DNA of 64,000 nucleotides, from assembly GCA_963810095.1 (NCBI GenBank), contig CAWEMM010000006.1, positions 192,001-256,000 of the forward strand. Reading direction: 5' to 3'. A model generated the notes under the pieces. It saw only the letters and a program-made list of their open reading frames with translations. It searched no databases and had not been told where the DNA came from. How positions within the stretch are numbered: position 1 is the first letter of the stretch; every line of letters starts with the position of its first letter. This DNA is from an uncultured Chloroflexia bacterium. Lineage in GTDB: Bacteria > Chloroflexota > Anaerolineae > CG2-30-64-16. The position numbers and the translations under genes were made by a program. This document shows, piece after piece, positions 32,194-43,224 of this stretch.

Positions 32194-33379
32194 ATGCACA
32201 AGCGCACCCTCGCGGTGCTCTTGGGGTCGATACTGTTGCTGGCCCTGGGCGCGCTTGGCTGTTCGGCAACGCGGCTGGTTGCGCGCGCCCGGCGCCACCG
32301 GCACGCCAACGCGAACCCCACGACCCACATGGACGCCGGCGGGCGGGGTGTTCCAGGTCGCCACACCGACCATCGATGCGACTCGTTTTCCTGCCGCTGC
32401 ACTCACCAGCCAGGCGGTCAACGGTACGCCGCAAGTCTTCGTGCCCGGCGGCAGCGGGCCGATCTTTGTCCCGGTACCGCCGGGGGGCGGGGCCGCCGTG
32501 CAGACGGTCGTCGTCGTCATCGTGACAGCAACGCCCCCGCCCGCGCCGACAGAAACGCCGGGCCCGCCGACCCTGCCGCCGCCTCCGACCCTGACGCCGG
32601 GGCCGCCAACCGCGACGCCGACGAACACGGGTACGCCCTTGCCTCCCGTAACCGTCAAGGTGAAGGTTGACAAAGCGAATGTCCGACAGGGACCGAGCAA
32701 CCTCTACCCGTTAGTCACCCGGCTCGATGTGGGCACGAATGTGACCGTCGTCGGCCGAAACCGCGGTGGCGACTGGTGGAAGATCTGCTGCGTGAACGGG
32801 CAGGACGTCTGGATTGCCGACTCGGTCGTACAGGTGAGCGGCCCGATCTGGGCGGTCGCGGAAGTTGAGAATATTCCGCCGCCGCCGCCCACGGCCACCC
32901 GGCGCCCGCCGACGCCGACCCCGGTGCCCACGCCCACGTACGCGTGGCCGTTTGCGCTGCAGGGCAAAGTCGAAGAGTACCCCAACGCAGGGAACAACTA
33001 CTTCCGCGTCGATGCCATCATCTCGAACGGCGCTACGCCGTTGTACGGCTACAAGCTTCGGGTGCGAAAGCTGTCGACCGGGCAGGAATGGCTGAGCGAC
33101 GGTTCCCAAACGTCCTGGTTCTGGGATGTCTTGCAGTACCCGAACGACGGCAAGCCGGTTAATGTCTCGGCCGAGTGCGCAGGCGGTCGTAAAGGGCTGC
33201 TGTGCGTGAAAAGCAATGAGAAGTGGGACAGTTCACCCCTCGGCGTCCAGCTTGGCGACGACGTGTGGGAGGTCACAGTGACCGATGGCGGGGGCACGCC
33301 GATTTCACAGCCCGTCCGTGTGACGACGAGCGCCTCCAATCCGAAGTGGTATCACATGAATTTCGTGGGCCGTCCATGA
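32194..33379 (+). CDS. Pro/Thr-rich SH3b-domain lipoprotein (frameshift near 32285)
   Basis: Signal peptide ending ALGC; PTPT repeats; ANVRQGP..Y..VVGRN..WWKICC..W. Confidence 0.8.
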
Positions 33380-34533
33380 GCGACAAGACCAGTTCCGGCA
33401 TCCCCCACGGTGGGCGCCGGCGGCTTGGGCTCGCACCGGCGATATTCGCAGTATTCCTGCTGGCCGCCGCAAGCCTGGCATGCTCGGTGGGGGGATCGCT
33501 AGGCAATTCCCGCGCGACTGCAACGCCCACGAAGGCGAGACGTGCGACCTTTACGCCGCTGCCCGGTGCGCTGGATGCGGCGTCGACCCCGGGCATCGTG
33601 GTGCGCGGGACGCTGCCGCCGGGGGTCACGGGTGCAGCGTCGGGTGCGGCCGTCCTGGCGGGCACCAGCGGCCCGGGAACGCCGGCCGCGGTGGCAATCG
33701 CAGGCGATACCAATCTCCTGATCTTTGCAACAGACACGCCTACGCCTACGTCCAGCCCGACGCGGCGGCCGCCCACATCGACGCCAATCGAAGCGCCCGA
33801 ACGGCCGCAGGGCGAGCCGACGCCCTTTGTCGTCATCAAGGCGGCCACGCTCAACGGCCGGCGGGGACCGGGGACCGAGTACGAGAAGGTCGGCCAGGCC
33901 AAGCAGGGGCAGGAGCTTTTCGTCCTGGGACGGACGGCGGACGGTAAGTGGATCCAGGTCTGCTGCCTGGCGAACCAGCCGGTATGGGTTTCAGCCGAGC
34001 AGGTCGAGAGTAAGGGCCGGCTCGAAACCGCTGCCATCCTGACACCGCCCCCTGCACCGCTGCCCACGCCAACCCGGCGGCCGGCCGCAGCCGTCCCGCG
34101 GACGGGACAGAGCCCGCTGACGCCGCCGGCGCCGGCGGGCACACCGCTGCCGCCGTTCGACATTGCCCGGGGCCCCGAGTATCCCATCCGGCGGGATAAC
34201 GGTGTGATGACCATCTGGACGAAGGTCTTCGAGGGCCCGGCCGACAACCAAAAACCGCTGGGGGACTATATCCTGAAGGTGTTCCGCGACGGCGTGGATG
34301 TCAGCGACAACGTGCCGTCGTTTGGCGACCGGCCGTTTGACAACACCGGCAAGTTCCAGGGCAATTACGATTACAACCTGAAGTTCGAGCTGAACGACGC
34401 GAGCGAATCAGATTACGAGATCTACCTCGCGCGCCCGGGCGGCTTCCGAGTGTCGCCCATTACCAAGTTCACGACCAAGGGGACCTCGTACCGCACCCTG
34501 GTCATCTACATGGCTTACTGGCTCGCGCGGTAA
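33376..34533 (+). CDS. Pro/Thr-rich SH3b-domain lipoprotein
   Basis: Lipobox SLAC; LNGRRGPGTEYEKVG..LGRT..WIQVCC..W; ATGA overlap with the previous gene. Confidence 0.8.
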   Translation: MSDKTSSGIPHGGRRRLGLAPAIFAVFLLAAASLACSVGGSLGNSRATATPTKARRATFTPLPGALDAASTPGIVVRGTLPPGVTGAASGAAVLAGTSGPGTPAAVAIAGDTNLLIFATDTPTPTSSPTRRPPTSTPIEAPERPQGEPTPFVVIKAATLNGRRGPGTEYEKVGQAKQGQELFVLGRTADGKWIQVCCLANQPVWVSAEQVESKGRLETAAILTPPPAPLPTPTRRPAAAVPRTGQSPLTPPAPAGTPLPPFDIARGPEYPIRRDNGVMTIWTKVFEGPADNQKPLGDYILKVFRDGVDVSDNVPSFGDRPFDNTGKFQGNYDYNLKFELNDASESDYEIYLARPGGFRVSPITKFTTKGTSYRTLVIYMAYWLAR

Positions 34534-34540
34534 GAGACTG

Positions 34541-34608
34541 ACCACAAAGACACCAAGACACTAAGGTTCGCAAAAAGCAGGCGCTCTGTGCCTTCGGGTC
34601 TTCGTGGT
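34541..34608. repeat. CACAAAGR-type element
   Basis: ACCACAAAGACACCAAGACACTAAG ... CTCTGTGCCTTCGGGTCTTCGTGGT. Confidence 0.8.
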
Positions 34609-34651
34609 GCGATCGGAACAACGTTACCCACACTATCCAGGAGGAAGAACT

Positions 34652-35620
34652 ATGCGTGCGCGCATTTGGGCGCTCATCGCCGCGCTGCTGGTGCTAGTGG
34701 CGCTGGCTGGCGGGTTAGCAGGCTGCAGCAGCGGCCGTGTCGCCCGCGGCCCAGCCAACACTCCGGCGCCGACGAAGACACTCAGACCTACCTTCACCGC
34801 AACGGTCCTCAAACCCACCGTCACCCCCGGCCCCCAGGCGGGTCAAGCGAGCGGCGAACAGGCGCCCGCGGGTCAAGGACAGGCAAGCAATCCCACGCCT
34901 GTTCCGCCCACGGCGACGACCGTGCCGCCGACAGAAGCGCCGAGCCCCACCCCAGAGCCGGCGGCATTCACGGTCAACAGCGCATCCATTAACGTGCGCA
35001 GCGGGCCGGGAACGACGTTCCCCACCCTGGGCCGCCTGACTCAAGGCCAGTCATTCCCCATTACCGGCAAGAGCGAAGACGGCGACTGGTGGCAGTTCGA
35101 CTATAACGGCAAGTCGGGTTGGGTGGTGGCCACGAACGTCGCTGTTACTGGTGCAGACTCGGTGGAGGTGGCGCAGAACGTGCCACAGCCCCCGACTGCC
35201 GCGCCGCGACCCACCGCTCGACCGGCCGCACCGCGGCCCACATCGCCGCCCGCGCCGCCAGCGCAGCCCCCGGCGTCGGCCAAGAAGTTTGCGGTCAGCG
35301 GAACGGGCTTTCAGCCCAACAGTAACGACTACGTGACCGTCTACTGTCTCGCCTTCAACAGCAACGGGTCGTTGGCATCGGGGAAGATGCGCCTGTTGCG
35401 TGACGGCCAGGTTGTCGGCACCGCGGACTTTCGGGCCGAGGGCACGTATTACCTGACCTCCGGCTACAATGCCGGCTGCAAAGTCGAGACCTCGCCCGCA
35501 GTCAACGGTACGTATACGGCGGTGCTGGTGGAAGGCGACCAGGTCGTTTCCGACCCAATCACCTTCACGATCAACGGGCCGGAGAATCGAGTCCAATTCG
35601 CAGCGTGGAAAGCGAGGTAG
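34652..35620 (+). CDS. Pro/Thr-rich SH3b-domain lipoprotein
   Basis: AGGAGG RBS; lipobox LAGC; INVRSGPGTTF..ITGK..WWQF..GWV. Confidence 0.83.
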   Translation: MRARIWALIAALLVLVALAGGLAGCSSGRVARGPANTPAPTKTLRPTFTATVLKPTVTPGPQAGQASGEQAPAGQGQASNPTPVPPTATTVPPTEAPSPTPEPAAFTVNSASINVRSGPGTTFPTLGRLTQGQSFPITGKSEDGDWWQFDYNGKSGWVVATNVAVTGADSVEVAQNVPQPPTAAPRPTARPAAPRPTSPPAPPAQPPASAKKFAVSGTGFQPNSNDYVTVYCLAFNSNGSLASGKMRLLRDGQVVGTADFRAEGTYYLTSGYNAGCKVETSPAVNGTYTAVLVEGDQVVSDPITFTINGPENRVQFAAWKAR

Positions 35621-38600
35621 GCGGTAATGCGGGCCGCCGTGTACCGGCCCGCATTACCGGCACGTTCGGTTCCAACGTAGCCCGGCGGGAAGGCCTGATT
35701 GTCCCCGCCGGGCTTGTCCTGTCGTTCACGCTCCTCGGCCTGCTCCTCCGGCTCCTCCGGCTTGACTTCCAGCCACTCTGGTGGGATGAAGGCTACTCGG
35801 CCTGGTTCGCCACCCATCCTCTCGGCGACATGTTCCGCCTTACCGCCGAAGACATCCATCCCCCGCTCTACTATGCCCTGTTGCACGTGTGGACGCTCCT
35901 GGCAGGGGCCGGCCCGGTGAGCCTGCGCCTTGTCTCGGTCGCGGCAGGGGTTGCGGCGATCCCCCTCATGTATGTCGCGGCGTCGCGCATCCTGGCCACG
36001 CGACGAGCCGGGCTGCTCGCTGCGTTTCTGGTTGCGATCAATCCCCTGTGGGTCTACTACAGCCAGGAAGTCCGCATGTACGGCCTGGTGGCGCTGTTGA
36101 GCCTGGGGGTGCTGTGGGCTGCGTGGGAGGTGATGAGGAGTTCGGGTGACGGCGCCCTTCGACTGCGCTCCTTTCAGTCGCTCCGCTCAGGACGCCCAGC
36201 GGCAGCCGCCGCCTACGTCGTCCTCACCACCCTCGCGCTCTACACCCAGTACTATGCGATTTTCCTGCCCATCGCACTGACGCTCTACGCGCTGTGGCAC
36301 TGGCGCAGGGAACCCCGCCGCCTGCTCGGCTGGCTCGGGCTGCAGGCCGCGGTCGCACTGCTCTACCTGCCCTGGGTCATCTACGCCGGGCCCCGTTTGA
36401 CGCTCTACGTGAGCCAGAAGGTGGTGATGGACGCGGATCGCCCGCTTGGGCTGGCGGCCTACTTCGGCCGGCACCTGGCTGCGTTCGCCGCGGGACACCT
36501 GGAAGGCAGTTTGACACCCTGGTGGCCGCTCGCGCTGCTGCTGCTTGCGCCGGTTGCTGCAGGGCTGGCCGTTTGGGCCGCGCGGGCTGGAAGGGGAAAC
36601 GCGAAAAGGCCCGCCGCGCCCGGCGAAACGACGAAAGACGAAGCGCGAAACACACCGAGTCCGAATGCGGTCGGGCTGCTCGGCACAGTCTTCCTGACTG
36701 CGCTGTCGCTAGGGTGGCTGATCGGGCTGCGTTTCCCATTCTTCCCGGACCGCGGCGAGCGCTTATTGCTGCTGGCCTTGCCGGCGTTCATCATGCTCGC
36801 GGCGGCGGGGCTCGATGCACTACTGGGCGACAAGACCTTCGGGGTTTCGCGAACCCCGAAGGTCTCCCGCCGTGCGCGGTGGGCCGCCTACGCGGGCCTC
36901 GCCCTCTTCATCAGCGCCTCGGTCGCCAGCCTGATCGCGTTTTACACCGTCCCCCGTTACCCCGGCGACGACTACCGGCCGTTGATCGCGAGGGCGGTGG
37001 AGCAGGGGCTGCCCGGCGACACGTTCTTCGCTGTGTACCCGTGGCAGGCCGGCTACTGGCGCAGCTACGCGGGCACGACCGATGGGCCCGAGGTCGTGCT
37101 GACACCCGACGCGGCCTGGGGCTCGGCCGTGCAGGCTGCCCTCGACAGCGCGCTGCGAGCGCGGACGGGTCTGGTTCCCCGCACACCTGGCGCTCGGCGC
37201 CATCCTCGAAACGCAGATCGAGCAGCACCTGGCTTCACGTGCGATCCCCTTCGGCAACACCTGGTACGGGACGGGAACGCGGCTGCAGCGCGTGGGCGGC
37301 CGGAATCCCCGTCCGTGCTGCGGAACCCGCCTCTGACGGCGCGCCCATCGTCCGGTACGAACTGCCCGGCGGAGTACAGCTGGACCTCGCGGCCGTCGCC
37401 TCGCCCACCGGTCCGGTGCCCGCTGCAAATGGCGTCGCGCCCATGGAGTTGGCCTGGAAGGCAAACGGGCCGGTTCCCGAACTTGCGGTGAGCGTGCGCC
37501 TGGTAGACGACCTGGGGCAAATCTGGGCGCAGAACGATTATGAGCCGCTCGGCGCGGTGGCGGGCGCAGCAGGTGGTGCGCTCGGAGCCGGACGGACTCA
37601 AGCCGTCGACCGCTTCGGCTTGCTCATTCCCGCGGGGACCCCGCCGGGCTCGTATCGCGCCGAACTCGTCGTGCGTCCGAAAGATGACGACCGGCCGCTA
37701 ACGGGGTTCAAGCCCGGCGCCGGCCTCACGAGCGCCGCGCCCATTCTGGCCGTCGAGGTCGCGCCCGCCGACCGCACGCTGGCGCCCGACCGTCTGCCCA
37801 TCGAGAACAGGGATGCGGTCGATCTGGGAGATGGGCTGCGCTTCCTCGGCTATACCGTCGATCGCACGCCGTTAGCGCCCGGCGCGCTGCGCCGCGTCAA
37901 CCTGTTCTGGCAGGCAAGCGGCCAGCCGAGCACAGACTATACCGCGTTCGTCCAGTTGCTGGGCCGGGACGGCGTCCCGGTGGCCGCGTGGGAGGCCGCG
38001 CCGGGGGGCGCCTATCCAACGTCGCAGTGGGCTCCGGGCACGCTGATGCGGACGCAGGCCTACCTGCGTGCCGGTGCGCCGAAACCCCGGATGGGCGCTA
38101 TCCGTTGGTCGCTGGGCTCTACCGGGTGGCCGACCGCAGCCGGCTGCTGACTGCGGCCGGCAAGGATGCGCTCGATCTCGGCTCGTTGGCCGTCAAGGGC
38201 CGGCCGCACGAAATGGAGGCAAGCAAGGTTATTCCTGCCGGCGCGGAGCCGCAGAATGCGGTCTTCGGCGAGGTGGCGCGGCTCGTTGCGTCTGCCGGCC
38301 TGTCGCCGGTTCTCGATCCTGCCGAACCAACACGGCTCACCCTCTACTGGCAGGCGCGGGGCGCAACGCAGGCTCCTTATACGGTCTTCGTCCACCTGGT
38401 CGACGAGGAGACTAATGCGGTGATCGGCTACGGCGATGCCGAGCCGGGCAGCGGCGCTTATCCGACGACGGGGTGGGTGCAGGGCGAGCACCTGGCTGAT
38501 GCACACACGGTCACCTTTGCTGCCGAGCAGGCACGCGGCCGGCCCGTTCGCATCGAGATTGGCCTGTATGACCCGGCGACGGGGCAGCGCCAAATTCTGC

Positions 38601-38650
38601 CCGATGGCGCGGATTCGTTCGTGCTGTGGCGCGGGCGCTTCGGTGGCTGA
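35605..38650 (+). CDS. GT-C (ArnT/PMT-like) membrane glycosyltransferase with extracellular beta-domains (frameshifts near 37160, 37290 and 38075; start uncertain)
   Basis: LWWDEGYS, DIHPPLYY, YYSQEVRMY; repeated LFWQA..DYTAFVQL..YPTSQW..G and LYWQA..YTVFVHL..YPTTGW..G modules. Confidence 0.8.
36833..36865. repeat. In-frame intragenic palindrome (14-bp arms)
   Basis: AGACCTTCGGGGTT-tcgcg-AACCCCGAAGGTCT; translated KTFGVSRTPKVS. Confidence 0.75.
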
Positions 38651-38660
38651 GGCGCCGACG

Positions 38661-41066
38661 ATGGGAGTGTCAGAGGTGGCCGCGCCCACCGGAGAAACCC
38701 CGGCCGTTCGGGCCCGCCGGCTGGAGTGGGTGTGGCTGCTCGTCCTGTGCATCGCGCCGCTCCTTATCGTGGCGCTGACCCAGGACATTGGCGCGCATGC
38801 CTACGATGCAGCCGTCGAACATATCCAGCGCGGCGTGGCCTTTTCCGACGTGATCTCGGACGGAGTACTGTATCCCCGCTGGTCGCAGGCGCTGCACTGG
38901 GGTCTGGGTAGTCCCCTTTTCACCTTCCAGCCGCCGCTCCCCTACTACGGCCTGGACCTGCTGTTCCGGCTGGGTCTGCCCCATTCGCTCGGCTGGCGTT
39001 GGCTGATGGCAGCAGGTTATGCGCTGGCGTTCCTCGGGGCTTACCTGCTCGTCCGCGAACTGGGCGGGCGGCGCTGGCCCGCGCTCGTGGCCGCCGTCGC
39101 CTACGCCTACGCGCCTTATGTGATTCGTAACGGGCTCGAACGGGGCTCTAATGAAGCCTACAGCATGTTCCTGTACCCGCTGGTGCTATGGAGCCTGCTC
39201 GTGCTGGCGCGGCGGCAGACGGTTGGCCGGTTCCTACTCGCCGTGGTTATTTGGGCCGTCTGCATCGGTTCACACGTGCTCGGGCCCTTGATGCTGGCGC
39301 CGTTTGCCGGGTTGATGGCCCTGTACCTTTGGTGGCGCAAGGGCACGCCCGCGCCCCTGCTCGCGCTGCTTGCCGGCGGCCTCCTGACCGCGTTCATTTG
39401 GGCCCCCATGCTGCCCGAGGAGCGTTGGGTCCACGTCGAGCGGGATTTCAGCCAAAAGGAAGCGATCCCAGCTAACAACCCGATGGCGCTGGCGGACCTG
39501 CTGGGGCCGCCGGCAGTCTATGACGTCGCGTTCGACAACAACAAGACGGGCGACCGGGTGGGGCTGGCGCAGACGGCGCTCCTGCTTGCCGGCGCGCTCG
39601 CCGTGCCCTGGGCCTGGCGGAAGAACCGCCGGATCGCCGTTGCGTTGGCGGCCGCATCGCTCACCGGCCTATTCCTGTTCTTCCTGTTCACGCCCGCATC
39701 CGATGGGCTGTGGTGGCTGGGCGGCTCTGTGGCAAGCCGGCTGCTGTACCGGACGCGCCTCATGGGCTTGCAGGCGCTGGCCGCGGCGATCACGGCGGGC
39801 CTGTTGGTGGCCTTGCTCCCCCGGCGCGGCCAGCGCATCGCCGGGGCGCTCCTCGTCGCACTCCTCGTGGTCGTGGCGCTGCCATCGCTGTACGTGCAGT
39901 ACCAGCACCGCTACGCGGATTTCAGCCGGCCGCCCGACCTGGCCGGCGTGCGTGCGATGGAGATCGAGCACGGGGGCCGCGCGCTGACCGCGTTCGGGGA
40001 GTTCGAGCCGAAGTGGCGCACGCTGCCCTTCGACCGGGCGCTGCTAGACGAGCTCGGCCCGGAATTCGATGCGCAGGCGCGTCCCCTGGCCGGCCAGCCG
40101 AACGGGATCGAGGTGATCCGGGCGGACGTGCGCAACCAGTCGTGGGATCTCGCGCTTCGGGCGACTGCGCCCGCGACGGCGACGCTGCACCTGCTCTATT
40201 ATCCCCGGTGGCAGGCCGTGCTCGACGGTAAGCCGGTGGCGCTCGGGCCGCAGGCAGAGACGGGCTATGCCCAGGTCGCGGTGCCCGCCGGCGAACATCG
40301 CCTGGTGCTCTCCTACGGCTTGACGCGTTCCGAAACCGCGGGGCTGATCATCAGCGCGGCGACACTGCTCGTGCTGGTGGCCTGGGCCATCTGGGCCACG
40401 GTGCGGAGGAGACGGCAGGCAGGGGACCCGACGAGGACGGCCGGAAGTGCCGGGGATTCGGCCTTACAGCCTCGATCGCAGGGCGCATCGCTGCGCGCAG
40501 GCCCCCGAGCCGCGGCCTGGACGCTGACCGGCCTGACCCTCCTGCTCGTGCTGAAGGCCGGCGTCATCGACCCACAGACCACCCTTCTCAGGCGCAGCAG
40601 CACGTGCGAAGCCGTCGCGGGCGCGACGGAGGTCGCGGTCCGATTTGGCGAACAGGTGCGGCTGTGTGCCATGAGCACCGTGCCGTCCTCGGTCGAGCCG
40701 AACCAGCGGCTGACCACCACCCTCTATTGGACGATCGACGCACCGGTGCAAGAGCGCCTCGTGAGCTTTGTCCACTTGCTCGGCACCCAGTTCAACCCCG
40801 CGACCGGGACCCCACTTTGGGGGCAGGTCGACACGGAGGCGCCCGCCGGCCTGCCGGTCGAAAAATGGCTCCCCGGCAAGCTGTACCGGGATGAGTACTC
40901 GTTCGACGTCGCAGACGGCGCGCCACCGGGACCCTATCAGCTGGAAATCGGCTGGTACCCCGCCGGTTCCGGATCGCGAATCGCCCCGGTGATCGAGCGA
41001 CCGGCCCCCAACCTCGGCGTGTCCGACCTGGACGCGCTGTTGGTGCAGGGGCCCGCCGTGAAGTAG
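38661..41066 (+). CDS. GT-C-like membrane protein (PTPS-related/YfhO-like)
   Basis: D..EH..R, GVLYPRW..GLGSPLFTFQPPL, AYAYAPY, LLYYPRWQA..DG, VPAGEH; C-terminal LYW..FVHL..W.PG module. Confidence 0.75.
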   Translation: MGVSEVAAPTGETPAVRARRLEWVWLLVLCIAPLLIVALTQDIGAHAYDAAVEHIQRGVAFSDVISDGVLYPRWSQALHWGLGSPLFTFQPPLPYYGLDLLFRLGLPHSLGWRWLMAAGYALAFLGAYLLVRELGGRRWPALVAAVAYAYAPYVIRNGLERGSNEAYSMFLYPLVLWSLLVLARRQTVGRFLLAVVIWAVCIGSHVLGPLMLAPFAGLMALYLWWRKGTPAPLLALLAGGLLTAFIWAPMLPEERWVHVERDFSQKEAIPANNPMALADLLGPPAVYDVAFDNNKTGDRVGLAQTALLLAGALAVPWAWRKNRRIAVALAAASLTGLFLFFLFTPASDGLWWLGGSVASRLLYRTRLMGLQALAAAITAGLLVALLPRRGQRIAGALLVALLVVVALPSLYVQYQHRYADFSRPPDLAGVRAMEIEHGGRALTAFGEFEPKWRTLPFDRALLDELGPEFDAQARPLAGQPNGIEVIRADVRNQSWDLALRATAPATATLHLLYYPRWQAVLDGKPVALGPQAETGYAQVAVPAGEHRLVLSYGLTRSETAGLIISAATLLVLVAWAIWATVRRRRQAGDPTRTAGSAGDSALQPRSQGASLRAGPRAAAWTLTGLTLLLVLKAGVIDPQTTLLRRSSTCEAVAGATEVAVRFGEQVRLCAMSTVPSSVEPNQRLTTTLYWTIDAPVQERLVSFVHLLGTQFNPATGTPLWGQVDTEAPAGLPVEKWLPGKLYRDEYSFDVADGAPPGPYQLEIGWYPAGSGSRIAPVIERPAPNLGVSDLDALLVQGPAVK

Positions 41067-41113
41067 CCCGTCTTCAATTTATTAAGTTCATTCTTATTCA
41101 AAGCACAAATATC

Positions 41114-41142
41114 TTGAATTGACCTCCTGTTCGTGCTATGAT
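41114..41142 (+). promoter_or_regulatory. Promoter for the GH43 gene with AT-rich upstream tract
   Basis: TTGAAT, 17 bp, TATGAT with TG extension; AT-rich 41070-41113. Confidence 0.6.
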
Positions 41143-41259
41143 CCGCGCACGGCAAGGGCCTGTTGTTTGAGGACGTTGTTGACGAGTCCCGGGCGATGGC
41201 CAGCGTCCCAAGACCGGCCGTCATCGCGAGCCGCTGAATCGAAACAGGGAGGTCGTGTT

Positions 41260-43133
41260 ATGTGGAGAGAACCGCGCTCGAATCGAAGCACCCTCGCAAC
41301 CTTGTTGCTTGTCGCCTTACTGCTGGCGATAGGCGTCGTCCCGGCGGCCGCGCAGGACGGAGGGCCTGCGGTGCTGCAAGTCGATCCTCAAGCTCGTGTC
41401 GCTGCGGGTGTGTACCAGAATCCGCTACGGGCGGCGATCCCCGGAGACGGTGTCGTCGAAAGCTGTGCCGACCCGTCGATCATCCGAGGGCAGACACCCG
41501 ACGATCCCTACTGGTACGTTTTCTGCACCACGGATCCGCTGAACTCGGCTGACCGGGATGCCAACGGCAACTTCAACTTCCACCTGATGCCAATCCTGCG
41601 CTCGCTCGACCTGGTCAATTGGACGTATATGGGCGACGTATTCAGCGCACGACCGGCCTGGGCGGCCGGGGATGCCGGCCTGTGGGCGCCCGACATCCAT
41701 TACTTCAACGGACAGTATTACCTCTACTTCACCGCTTCCTGGACGTCTCTGCCGGGCGGCGGGAGCGCGATCGGCGTCGCCACTGCGCCTTCAGCCCTTG
41801 GGCCCGTGGGTCGACAGCGGCACGCCTGCGGTCGAGCCGCATGCGCCGCCCTGCTGCGCCAACGACAAGCGTTGGGTGTTCGACCCGGCGCTGATTACGG
41901 ACGATGCGGGCCAGACCTGGATCTTCTACGGCAGCTACTTCGGCGGCATCTCGGCGCGGAAGCTGTCCGCGGACGGCTTGCACTCGGACCCCGCTTCGCA
42001 GGTGCAGATCACGAGCTCAAACAAGTTCGAAGGCGCGTTCGTGGTCAAGCGAGGCGGCTTCTACTACCTGTTCGCCTCCGCGACGGCCTGCTGTAACGGC
42101 CCGCTGACCGGTTACAGCGTTTTTGCCGGTCGTTCGGAGGCCGTCACCGGCCCGTACGTCGACAAAGAAGGCGTGCCCCTGCTTGATACACCCGCGACGG
42201 CCGTGTGGGCGGCACGCCCGTCCTGACGATGAACGGCAACCGCTGGGTGGGGCCGGGACACAATGCCGTCTTCACCGACCTGTCGGGGCAAGACTGGACG
42301 GTTTACCATGCGGTGGACCAGAATGACCCGTTCTTCGAACCCGGCTTCACCAAGCGACCCGCTGCTGATGGACCCGCTGGACTGGGTTGGCGGCTGGCCG
42401 CAGGTGCGCGCGGGGCGTTGGGCGTCCGACATGCCGATGCCTGCACCGGCTGCGCAGCCTGGCAGCATCTCCTTCTACCGGCCATCTCCGCCGCCGCCGC
42501 TCGTCGCCGGCCCGCAGATACCGCGTGCTGTCAGACGAGTTCGACGCGACCGCGCTCGGCCCCAGTGGAGCTGGGTGCGGCAGCCCGATCCCGCAACGTA
42601 TCGACTGGAGAATGGGGTGTTTAGTTTCGACACCCAAGCCGCCGACCTCTACGTCGACAGCAATAACGCCTCGGTGTTGACCGAGCCCGCGCCCGGGCGA
42701 TTATGCCGTGGAAACGAAAGTGCGCGTCACCTGGCCGGCCGGCGGCTGCTGCTTCAACTACGTGCAGGGCGGGCTGGTCATCTACGGCGACGACAACAAC
42801 TTCGTCAAGCTGGTTTCGTTCGCCAACTGGGAGACGCGGCAGACGGAATTTGCGAAGGAAGTATTCCCGGTGCCAGACGGCTACCCGCGGTACGGCAACA
42901 CCATCGTGGGCCCGCCCGGCGACTGGACCTGGCTGCGCATCGTCGTGCGGCGCCAGCTCACCGGGGGGCAGTCGTACCAGGCTTACACCAGCCGGGACGG
43001 CGAGCACTGGGTGCGCGGGGGTGTGTGGACGCATAACCTGGGCCGCGATGCCAAGATCGGCCTGGTGTCGATGGGCGGCAGTGGGTTCAGGAGCGAGTTT
43101 GATTACGTGAAGGTCTATCGGGTGATGCGGTAA
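41260..43133 (+). CDS. Secreted GH43 glycoside hydrolase with C-terminal beta-sandwich (several frameshifts)
   Basis: Signal peptide; CADPSII, SLDLVNW, WAPD, FDP, YGSYFGGI, EGAFV, GPGHN. Confidence 0.85.
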
Positions 43134-43140
43134 TCGAATG

Positions 43141-43224
43141 GGACGCTGATTGAACTGATGAAGCTAATCCACCTGCGTCTATGCACCATCAGGCGAATCA
43201 GCTTCATCGGCCAAGTCTGCGTCC
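43141..43224. repeat. ACGC(T/A)GAT/AACTGAT-type inverted repeat between convergent genes
   Basis: GGACGCTGATTGAACTGATGAAGCT ... AGCTTCATCGGCCAAGTCTGCGTCC; related to 18051-18131. Confidence 0.7.
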
